A stretch of DNA of 64,000 nucleotides from an uncultured Burkholderiales bacterium (GCA_938038385.1 CALHRD010000012.1:19541-83540); one strand, 5' to 3'. Shown: positions 8,743 through 15,851, counted from the first letter of the stretch. A program made the numbers and translations. Notes: generated from the letters alone by a model not told the origin.

Positions 8743-10552
8743 AAAACTGGCCGATGCTGCCGGCGCCACGACCCTGCCGGCGTTGCTCGACGCCCGCGTC
8801 GCCGCCACGCCGGACGCCCCGGCCTATGCCGAACGAGGGGCGGGCAGGGGTTGGCGCACCACCACCTGGTCGGAGCACGCCCACCGGGTCAGGAGCCTGG
8901 CGCGGGGTTGTGCGCGACTGGGTTTGGCAAAGGGGGATAGGGTGTTGATCCTGGCACCCACCTGCCTCGCCTGGGAGCAGGTGCAGATGGCCATCCTGGG
9001 CTGTGGCGCCGTCGCCGTCGGCGTCGACCCGCGCACCGCCGACGCCCAGCTCGCGCAGATCGTGCGTCGGGTCGCGCCCGCCGCCGTGGTCGTCGGCGAC
9101 GTCGGCCTGCTCGAGCGCCTCCCGGCCGAGGTCGCGACGGCCGCGAAATTCCGCCTCAGCTTGAACCAGGCTGAGGGGCAGGCAGATTTACTGTCACTGG
9201 AGACCCTGGTCAAGGACGGGGAAAACCCAGACCGAGCCGATCCCTGGGGCCAGGTCCAGCCCGACGACCCCGCGCTCATCGTCTTCACCTCCGGCACCAC
9301 CGGCGAACCCAAGGGCATCGCCTACAGCCACCGTCAGGTGTGTCTGGCCTGTGCGGCCCTGCTCGCCACCTTTCCCCAGATCGAGCCGGGCGATCGCTTC
9401 GCCTGCTGGCTGCCGCTGGCCAATCTGTTCCAGCGCATGGTGAATTTCTTCGCCCTGCAGCGCGGCGTGACCACCTATTTCGTGGCGGACCCGCGCCAGC
9501 TCATGGCACTGCTGCCTGAAATCCGGCCGCACATGCTGATCGGCGTGCCCCGCTTCTATGAGAAGCTCTACGCCGGTATAGCCGCGCGCATCGAGGCCGC
9601 CGGGGCGATCAAACCCCTGCTGCGGTTGGCCCTGCGGGTGGGCGAGACGCATGCCGCGGCCCGCCGGCAAGGGCGGCGGCCCGGGCTGGCGTTGCGCATC
9701 CTGCACACCCTGCTCGACCCCTTGATACTGGCCCGATTCCGTAAAGCCCTGGGCGGCGAACTGCGTTTCCTGGTCAGCGGCTCCGCCCCGATGCCGGTCT
9801 GGCTGCTGGAGCGCCTGCACGGCCTCGGGCTGACCGTGCTGGAGGCCTATGGCACGAGCGAGAACATCACCCCGATCGCCGCCAACCGGCTCGACGCCTA
9901 CCGTTTCGGCAGCGTGGGACGGCCGCTGCCGGGCAACGAGGTGCGCATCAATGCGGAGGGCGAGCTGGAGGTGCGCGGGCCGGGTGTGTTCGCGGGTTAC
10001 CTGGATGATTCCGACCGCGGCATGTTCACCCTGGATGGCTTCCTCAGGACCGGCGACTATGCCGAATGGACCGGGGATGGTTTTCTCCGCCTCAAGGGGC
10101 GGCGCTCGGAGATCTTCAAGACCTCCACCGGCCGGCGCATCGCCCCCTTCGCCATCGAGCAGCGCCTGCTGGCCCTGCCCTGGGTGGAGCACGCCTTGGC
10201 CGCCGGGGCGGGGCGCAAGTTCGTCCTCGCCCTGCTCGCCATCAACGAAAAGGCCCTGGCGGATTGGGCGCGCGCACGTGGCCTGCCAGAGCAACTCGCC
10301 GAGCCGCCCGCTGCCGCATTGGCCGGCGCGCTTTGGCAGGACGTCGAGGCGGCGGCGGCCCCCCTGTCCGCACACGAGCGGCCGGCCGGCTGCGTGCTCG
10401 TCACCCGCCCCTTCGGCATCGTCAGCGGCGAGCTCACCCCCAACCTCAAGCTGCGCCGCGCCCAGGTGCTGGAGCGCTACGGCCCCTGTCTCGACCGGCT
10501 CTATGCCGAACTCGACGGCGGGGGCGGACAACGCCTGCGGGTGTGCGCATGA
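8720..10552 (+). CDS. AMP-dependent acyl-CoA/acyl-AMP ligase, long-chain type
   Basis: Adenylation core motifs FTSGTTGEPKGI, EAYGTSE and GDYAEW...GFLRLKGRRSEIFKTSTG. The 610-aa length fits the long-chain ACSL-like group. It overlaps the preceding gene by 23 nt. Confidence 0.85.
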   Translation: MIPLSVSEKLADAAGATTLPALLDARVAATPDAPAYAERGAGRGWRTTTWSEHAHRVRSLARGCARLGLAKGDRVLILAPTCLAWEQVQMAILGCGAVAVGVDPRTADAQLAQIVRRVAPAAVVVGDVGLLERLPAEVATAAKFRLSLNQAEGQADLLSLETLVKDGENPDRADPWGQVQPDDPALIVFTSGTTGEPKGIAYSHRQVCLACAALLATFPQIEPGDRFACWLPLANLFQRMVNFFALQRGVTTYFVADPRQLMALLPEIRPHMLIGVPRFYEKLYAGIAARIEAAGAIKPLLRLALRVGETHAAARRQGRRPGLALRILHTLLDPLILARFRKALGGELRFLVSGSAPMPVWLLERLHGLGLTVLEAYGTSENITPIAANRLDAYRFGSVGRPLPGNEVRINAEGELEVRGPGVFAGYLDDSDRGMFTLDGFLRTGDYAEWTGDGFLRLKGRRSEIFKTSTGRRIAPFAIEQRLLALPWVEHALAAGAGRKFVLALLAINEKALADWARARGLPEQLAEPPAAALAGALWQDVEAAAAPLSAHERPAGCVLVTRPFGIVSGELTPNLKLRRAQVLERYGPCLDRLYAELDGGGGQRLRVCA

Positions 10553-11676
10553 GCCGGGTCTGTTTCGTCACCGGGGCGACCGGCACCGTCGGCAGCGCCC
10601 TGATCCCCTTCCTGCTGGCCAACCCGGACAACGAAGTGCGCCTGCTGCTGCGCGCCCGCGACGTCGCCGATCTGGCCAGCCGGCTGGAAGCGTTACATGC
10701 CTTCTGGGGCCATGCCGCGGACGCACCCGAGCGCAGCCGTGTGCAGGCCCTGGCCGGTGACGTCGAACGGCCCCGCTTCGGCCTCTCGCCGCCTGATCAC
10801 GCGGAACTCACCCGTGTGTGCACCCACATCGTCCATTGCGCCGGCAAGGTGCGTATGAATCTGCCGATCGAGGCCGCCCGCAGCGCGGCCGTGGCCTCGG
10901 CGCGCAACGTGGTCGAATTGGCGCGCGCATGCCCAGGTCTGCAGAAGATCGAATTCGTCAGCACCGTCGGCGTCGGCGGTCGTATGCCGGGCGTCGTGCC
11001 CGAGATCTGGATCGACGCGCCGCGCGCCTTCCACAACACCTACGAGCAATCCAAGGCCGAGGCCGAGGACCTGATCCGCGCCGAGGTCGAACGCGGCCTG
11101 CCGCTCACCATCCACCGGCCCAGCATGGTGGTCGGCGAGGCGGCAGGCGGCCGCGTCATCCACTTCCAGATCTTCTACTACCTGTGTGAATTCCTCTCCG
11201 GCCGGCGCACGCGCGGACTGACCCCCGCCCTGGGTGAGGCACGTCTGGACATCATCCCGGCCGATTACGTCGGGCGCGCACTGGCCTGGGCGAGCCGTAC
11301 ACCGGAGACGAGCGGGCGCATCCTGCACCTGTGCGCCGGGCCCGAGGCTGCCATCCCGCTCTTCGAGCTGCAACGGCGCGTGCGTGCGGTCTGGCGGGCA
11401 CAGGGCATCGATCTGCCAAGGCTCAAGCCCCTGCCGCCGCGGCTGCTGCGCGCGGCGCTGCCCGTGCTGCGGCTGCTCACCCCCGCACCCGCCCGCAAGG
11501 CCCTCAACGCCCTGCCGGTCTTCCTCGACTATCTCGCCGACACCCAGGCCTTCGCCAACGATCAGACCCGGCGCCTGCTCGAGTCGGCGGGCATCGTCGC
11601 ACCGGTTCCGTCCGACTATCTGGATCGGTTGTTCGATTATTATTTCCGACGAGGCCCTGCCCGTGGCCGAGCCTGA
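10549..11676 (+). CDS. stand-alone thioester/acyl-CoA reductase (SDR, NAD_binding_4 type)
   Basis: ATGA overlap with the ligase stop. The Rossmann motif FVTGATGTVGSAL lies at the N-terminus. Y..SK (YEQSKAEAE) and HRPSMVVG are typical of terminal reductase domains. Confidence 0.8.
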   Translation: MSRVCFVTGATGTVGSALIPFLLANPDNEVRLLLRARDVADLASRLEALHAFWGHAADAPERSRVQALAGDVERPRFGLSPPDHAELTRVCTHIVHCAGKVRMNLPIEAARSAAVASARNVVELARACPGLQKIEFVSTVGVGGRMPGVVPEIWIDAPRAFHNTYEQSKAEAEDLIRAEVERGLPLTIHRPSMVVGEAAGGRVIHFQIFYYLCEFLSGRRTRGLTPALGEARLDIIPADYVGRALAWASRTPETSGRILHLCAGPEAAIPLFELQRRVRAVWRAQGIDLPRLKPLPPRLLRAALPVLRLLTPAPARKALNALPVFLDYLADTQAFANDQTRRLLESAGIVAPVPSDYLDRLFDYYFRRGPARGRA

Positions 11677-11736
11677 CGGCACAACGCACGCCCTGGGTAA
11701 AGCGGCTATCATGAAGGCGCCCTGCAGGAGATCGCC

Positions 11737-12489
11737 ATGAGTAACACCACCGAACGCGTCGACCGTCTCGAAGAGGCGTTGATGAAGCTCGCCTATGCCC
11801 AATTCAACACCGAGATGGAGATTCGCGATCTCAAAGGCGAGATGTTGGCGTTCAAGCGAGAAATGGCCGACTTCAAGAACGAGATGGCCGAGTTCAAGAA
11901 CGAGATGGCCGAGTTCAAGAACGAGATGGCCGAGTTCAAGAACGAGATGTCACAGTTCAAGGATGAGATGGCCGAGTTCAAGGATGAGATGTCACAGTTC
12001 AAGGACGAGGTCCGCCGCGACCAGCGTGCCATGAACAAGCGCTGGGGCGAAATCTCCAACAAGATGGGCACCCTAGTCGAGGACATCATCTATCCCTCGG
12101 TGCGCCGCATCGCGCGTGAACACTTTGGCGCGCCGGAGGAGATGGAATTCGAGGCGCAGCGCATCAAGCGTCGGCGTGCCACCGGCGACCGCCGCGAGTT
12201 CGACGGTGTCTTCGTCTGGGAGGGCCATGTGCTGCTGCTGGAGGCCAAGGCCAGCGTGCGTCCGGAGTATCTGGAGGCGTTCGACCGTTTCGTGCATCAG
12301 GGTGTGTTCTTCGACTACTTCCCGGAGTACGCCGGCCGGCGGCTGATACCGGTGTTCTCCGCCCTGGCGCTCACCGAGGCGGAGGTCGAGTGGCTGACCG
12401 CACACCGTCTCTATGCCGTGGCCATGGGCGAGGACGCCATGGCGTTGTTGAACGGTCCCGCCGTGGACAGCGTCAGCCTGCCGCACTAG
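11737..12489 (+). CDS. heptad-repeat coiled-coil protein with a C-terminal PD-(D/E)XK-like domain
   Basis: Eight EM(A/S)(E/Q/D)FK(N/D) heptads occupy residues 35-90. The C-terminal region has D156...E169-A-K171 (EFDGVFVWEGHVLLLEAKAS), a restriction-endonuclease-like signature. It lies on the same strand as its neighbours, with 60- and 53-bp gaps. Confidence 0.65.
   Translation: MSNTTERVDRLEEALMKLAYAQFNTEMEIRDLKGEMLAFKREMADFKNEMAEFKNEMAEFKNEMAEFKNEMSQFKDEMAEFKDEMSQFKDEVRRDQRAMNKRWGEISNKMGTLVEDIIYPSVRRIAREHFGAPEEMEFEAQRIKRRRATGDRREFDGVFVWEGHVLLLEAKASVRPEYLEAFDRFVHQGVFFDYFPEYAGRRLIPVFSALALTEAEVEWLTAHRLYAVAMGEDAMALLNGPAVDSVSLPH
11839..12006 (+). repeat. 8 x 21-bp in-frame tandem repeat; three consecutive units are identical
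   Basis: GAGATGGCCGAGTTCAAGAAC occurs identically at 11881, 11902 and 11923. The flanking units differ by a few bases. Confidence 0.95.
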
Positions 12490-12542
12490 CTCGCGTGCAC
12501 CGACCTGACCGCCCACCCGGCGAGTGTAAAAATTTCCGACAG

Positions 12543-14186
12543 ATGCCCGCCGCGCCGTCTTTGGACGATGCCCTCCTCGCCGCGCTGCGTGCGGCGGTGG
12601 GGCCAGAACACGTCCACACCGCCGCGGACGACCTCGAACGCCACTCGCGCTGCACCCTGCCCTGGGCGAGCCGTTGCGCCGCCGTGGTCCATCCCGGCTC
12701 GACGGAAGAGGTCGCGCAGGTGCTGGCCATCGCCAGCCGCCATCGCGTGCCGGTGTGGCCCTACAGCACCGGCCGCAACTGGGGCTACGGCGCCACCCTG
12801 GCCCCGGAATCCGGTGCCATCGTGCTGGTGCTGGCGCGCATGAACCGCATCCTGGAGGTCAACGAGGAACTGGCCTATGCCGTGGTCGAGCCCGGCGTCA
12901 CCTACGCCCAGCTCAACGCCCACCTCAAGGCGCACGGCCACCGGCTGTGGGTGGACTGCATCGACGGCACGCCGCACGGCAGCGTCATCGGCAACGCCCT
13001 CGACCGCGGCGTGGGCGAGACCCCCTACGGCGACCATTTCGGCAACCTGTGCGGTCTGGAGGTGGTGCTGCCCACCGGCGAGATCGTGCCCATCGGCGGT
13101 GCCGGCGAGCAGACCTGGCACCTGCACAAATGGGGCGTCGGGCCCTATCTCGAGGGCCTGTTCAGCCAGTCCAACCTGGGTGTGGTCACCCGCGCCGGCA
13201 TCTGGCTCATGCCCGAGCCCGAGGCCTATAACGCCTTCGTCTTCGAGCTCAGGGACGCGCGCCACTTCCCGGCGGTGGTCGACGCTTTCCGCCGGCTCGC
13301 CCTCGCCGGCGTGATCACCGCCAAGCTGCACATGATCAATGACGTGGTGAGCCTCACCCTGCTCACCCAGGTCAAGGACGAGGGCCTGCCCACCGAACGC
13401 GCGCTCACCGAGGGCGAGCTCGCCGCCCTGCGCGCCAAGTACCGCATCGCCCCGTGGAGCTGCGGCGGCGGGCTCTACGGCAGCGCCGCCCAGGTGCGCC
13501 TGCAGCGCCGCCTGCTCAGGCAGGCGGTGGGCTGCTACGGCAAGCTGCTGTTCATCGACGACACCCGGCTCGCCCTGCTCAAGCGCCTGATCGCCTGGTC
13601 GCGGGCAAATACGCTGGTGCGCCGCGTGGCCGAGACCCTGGTCGGCACCTCGCTGCCGGTGATGGCCTTCACCCCCTACATCTACGACATCCTGCGCGGC
13701 GTGCCCACCGAGCACTTCGTGCGCCACGCCTGGTTCCGCAACCGCCGTCCTCGCCCGGATTGCGACGTCGACCCGGCCGCCGACGCCTGCGGCCTGATCT
13801 GGTTCGCCCCCATCCTGCCCATGACGGGCGCGGCGCTCGCCCCCTATCTCGAGGACTGCCGTCGGCGTTTCGCCGCGCACGGCTTCGACTTCTACGTCGC
13901 CCTGTTGCTCATGAACCCGCGCGCGGTGATTCCGCTCATGGCCATCCTCTACGACCGCGCCGCCGCCGGGCAGGCCGAACGCGCCCGGGCGCTGCACGAC
14001 GAGCTCGTCGCCGCCATGCAGGCGGCCGGCTACCAGCCTTATCGGGCGGGACTGCTGACCTGGCCGCGGCTGTGGGCGAACGCGCCGGCGCTCGCCGCCC
14101 TCAACGCGCGGCTGAAGGCCGCCGTCGACCCCGCCGGGGTGCTCGCGCCGGGGCGCTACGGCATCGGCGCAAGCTCGGTCGAGTAG
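12543..14186 (+). CDS. FAD-linked oxidase, VAO/PCMH (vanillyl-alcohol oxidase / p-cresol methylhydroxylase) type
   Basis: Trimmed to the ATG giving MPAAPSLDD. It carries the FAD_binding_4 signature (VVHPGSTEEVAQVL...HRVPVWPYSTGRNWGYG). The 547-aa size is comparable to PchF/VAO. Confidence 0.8.
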   Translation: MPAAPSLDDALLAALRAAVGPEHVHTAADDLERHSRCTLPWASRCAAVVHPGSTEEVAQVLAIASRHRVPVWPYSTGRNWGYGATLAPESGAIVLVLARMNRILEVNEELAYAVVEPGVTYAQLNAHLKAHGHRLWVDCIDGTPHGSVIGNALDRGVGETPYGDHFGNLCGLEVVLPTGEIVPIGGAGEQTWHLHKWGVGPYLEGLFSQSNLGVVTRAGIWLMPEPEAYNAFVFELRDARHFPAVVDAFRRLALAGVITAKLHMINDVVSLTLLTQVKDEGLPTERALTEGELAALRAKYRIAPWSCGGGLYGSAAQVRLQRRLLRQAVGCYGKLLFIDDTRLALLKRLIAWSRANTLVRRVAETLVGTSLPVMAFTPYIYDILRGVPTEHFVRHAWFRNRRPRPDCDVDPAADACGLIWFAPILPMTGAALAPYLEDCRRRFAAHGFDFYVALLLMNPRAVIPLMAILYDRAAAGQAERARALHDELVAAMQAAGYQPYRAGLLTWPRLWANAPALAALNARLKAAVDPAGVLAPGRYGIGASSVE

Positions 14187-14298
14187 GGCGGTCATCCCCG
14201 CTCGCCGGCTTGGCGCACTGGCCCGGCCGGCCGCCCCGCATCCGGGTGTCGGATTTTTTTACGTTCCCCTCGTTGCGATCCCGACGCATCCGGCGCCG

Positions 14299-14330
14299 GT
14301 CGGACTCGTAGGTCGGACTTCGGTCCGACA
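14299..14330. repeat. REP-like hairpin, family 2 (GTAGGTCGG...CCGAC)
   Basis: GTCGGACTCGTAGGTCGGACTTCGGTCCGACA. The same GTCGG-N-loop-N-CCGAC hairpin with a (GT)AGGT/ACCTAC flank recurs at about 14508-14530, 15914-15934, 15968-15991, 16885-16909 and 45504-45527. Confidence 0.75.
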
Positions 14331-14366
14331 CTTTGACGTGAATGTCACGCAAGCGACCATGCAGCG

Positions 14367-14492
14367 CCCCTCACCATCCCTCACCCCCGACCCCTCCCCC
14401 CGAGGGGGAGGGGAGAGAGGGCCGGAGGGGCTGGGGAAGAGGGAACAGACGAGGCGACATGCATGCTACGGGGCCGCGTCGCCATGTCCGTT
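14367..14492. repeat. interspersed intergenic repeat, family 1 (copy A)
   Basis: A CCCCTC...GAGGGG palindrome, followed by GAGAGGGCCGGAGGGGCTGGGGAAGAGGGAACAGACGAGGCGACATGCATGCTACGGGGCCGCGTCGCCATGTCCGTT. It is clearly alignable with copy B. Coordinates are approximate. Confidence 0.8.
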
Positions 14493-14769
14493 GGCCCGAC
14501 GGGTGGGGTGTCGGGCTGAAGCCCGACCCACGGGTCATGCCGCCCGAGGGACACGCAATCGGCAGCCGCTACAGCGCCATCCCCACGCAGCGGACGGCAT
14601 CCGCGCAGCGATGGCGCACGCGGTGGTGCGCTCGGGCATGGGGTACGACGGCGCGGCGTTGGGCGCGCCCGGGCGCCCCGGCCGTGTGTCGGTTTTTTTT
14701 ACACACGCCCTGATCGAGGCCTGCCCCCGACTTGCGTACAGGCTGATCGTGCATCTATATATTCATATC

Positions 14770-14782
14770 TATCAATGCGTTA
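14770..14782 (+). promoter_or_regulatory. IHF-like site (TATCAATGCGTTA) in an AT-rich tract
   Basis: Matches WATCAANNNNTTR and is centred about 50 nt upstream of the predicted sigma-54 transcription start. Confidence 0.35.
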
Positions 14783-14801
14783 CGCGATACGTTTCAGGGG
14801 T

Positions 14802-14817
14802 TGGCACGGGCGTTGCT
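14802..14817 (+). promoter_or_regulatory. sigma-54 (-24/-12) promoter
   Basis: TGGCACGGGCGTTGCT is an exact fit to TGGCAC-N5-TTGC. It lies about 60 nt upstream of the PEP-CTERM protein gene. A sigma-54 activator (PrsR) is encoded in the window. Confidence 0.7.
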
Positions 14818-14874
14818 TAATGTTGGGCAAGCTTCTCCGAGGCGAAACTGCAACGACCTAACCAGCAAGAAAGG

Positions 14875-15831
14875 ATGATGATCATGAAACTGCGTCAAAT
14901 CACACTCGCCCTGGCCATGGCCGCGGTGGCCGGCAGTGCACAGGCACTGACCTGGACCGGCAACTTCCAGACCAGCAACGGCAGCACCTTCCATGACGGT
15001 GTCGTCGGTCTCTTGTCCGGCATGGACCTCCGGTCCAACGGCTCCTCCGCCTTCTTCTGCCACACGCCCACCGGTTGCGGTGGCGGTACGGTGTCTTTCG
15101 GTGCCCAGATCAACCCGGGTTCCGTCACCGATGTCACGTTTGGTGACATCGTACTCACCGTCTACCAGGGCATCGTCAGCAGCTTCAATCCAGGCGTAGC
15201 CACCCCCAACCTGATGTTCCCCGGCTCTTCTGCGACCGACCCCTACCAGATCACCCTGGCAGCCATGTTCACGGAAAAGGTGACTGGTGGTGCCGGCAAC
15301 ACGGCCATCCTGAGTACGCTGGGTGGGAAGTACGGTTTTTATTATGACGATGCCAATCTCAGCAATACCCTGATCACCAGCACAGCCGGCATCTTCAACG
15401 GTGTCGGCTTCACCGACGGCCTTGAGATCCTGAGCGGGTTCATCGGTGCGGGTATTTCGACTTATACGGTTCTCCCTGTTGGCTCGGGCACCGGCTTCGC
15501 GTCCATCGGGGCGAACGTCGTGTCTGCCGCAATAGGTTTCGATGATCCGGCCAACCTGGCCGACGTGGTGGGTTTCATGCCCAATGCGCCGGACGGCATC
15601 GTGTCCTCGACCACCATTCAGTATGGTAGTTTCACTGGTGGCAACACGGATCACCAGACGAAGAACTTCTTCGATGCTGCCAACGGCTGGACACCGATCG
15701 CAGTCAACCACGCTTTGACCGTGCGGGCCGACGCCAACACCGACTTCACGGTGCCGGAACCCACCACCCTGGCCCTGCTGGGTCTGGGCCTGGCCGGTCT
15801 GGGCCTCAGCCTGCGCCGCCGCGCTGCCTGA
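14875..15831 (+). CDS. PEP-CTERM sorting-domain protein, secreted, Gly/Thr/Ser/Asn-rich
   Basis: Signal peptide (MKLRQITLALAMAAVAGSAQA). The C-terminus VPEPTTLALLGLGLAGLGLSLRRRAA has the three PEP-CTERM parts: a PEP motif, a transmembrane helix and an Arg cluster. The start is 14875 or 14884. Confidence 0.9.
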   Translation: MMIMKLRQITLALAMAAVAGSAQALTWTGNFQTSNGSTFHDGVVGLLSGMDLRSNGSSAFFCHTPTGCGGGTVSFGAQINPGSVTDVTFGDIVLTVYQGIVSSFNPGVATPNLMFPGSSATDPYQITLAAMFTEKVTGGAGNTAILSTLGGKYGFYYDDANLSNTLITSTAGIFNGVGFTDGLEILSGFIGAGISTYTVLPVGSGTGFASIGANVVSAAIGFDDPANLADVVGFMPNAPDGIVSSTTIQYGSFTGGNTDHQTKNFFDAANGWTPIAVNHALTVRADANTDFTVPEPTTLALLGLGLAGLGLSLRRRAA

Positions 15832-15851
15832 GCTTTCAGCCTGGGTTGGAA

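Noticed and set aside
11839-12006. Possible CRISPR array or non-coding VNTR
   Set aside because: The units are contiguous 21-bp repeats without spacers, lie in frame, and encode a regular heptad coiled coil. This is a coding tandem repeat, not a CRISPR array.
12486-14195. 569-aa minus-strand ORF
   Set aside because: It is exactly antisense to the FAD-linked oxidase gene and has a low-complexity Gly/Ala/Arg/His composition, so I treat it as a shadow ORF.
14338-14820. 160-aa and 123-aa ORFs in the 14.2-14.9 kb spacer; likewise 28830..29828, 35634..35837 and 48081..48272
   Set aside because: They are translations of interspersed repeat elements. The same pseudo-peptide (...GERG.EGLG.RE.TRR...) reappears wherever the repeat occurs, and I see no RBS or coding periodicity.
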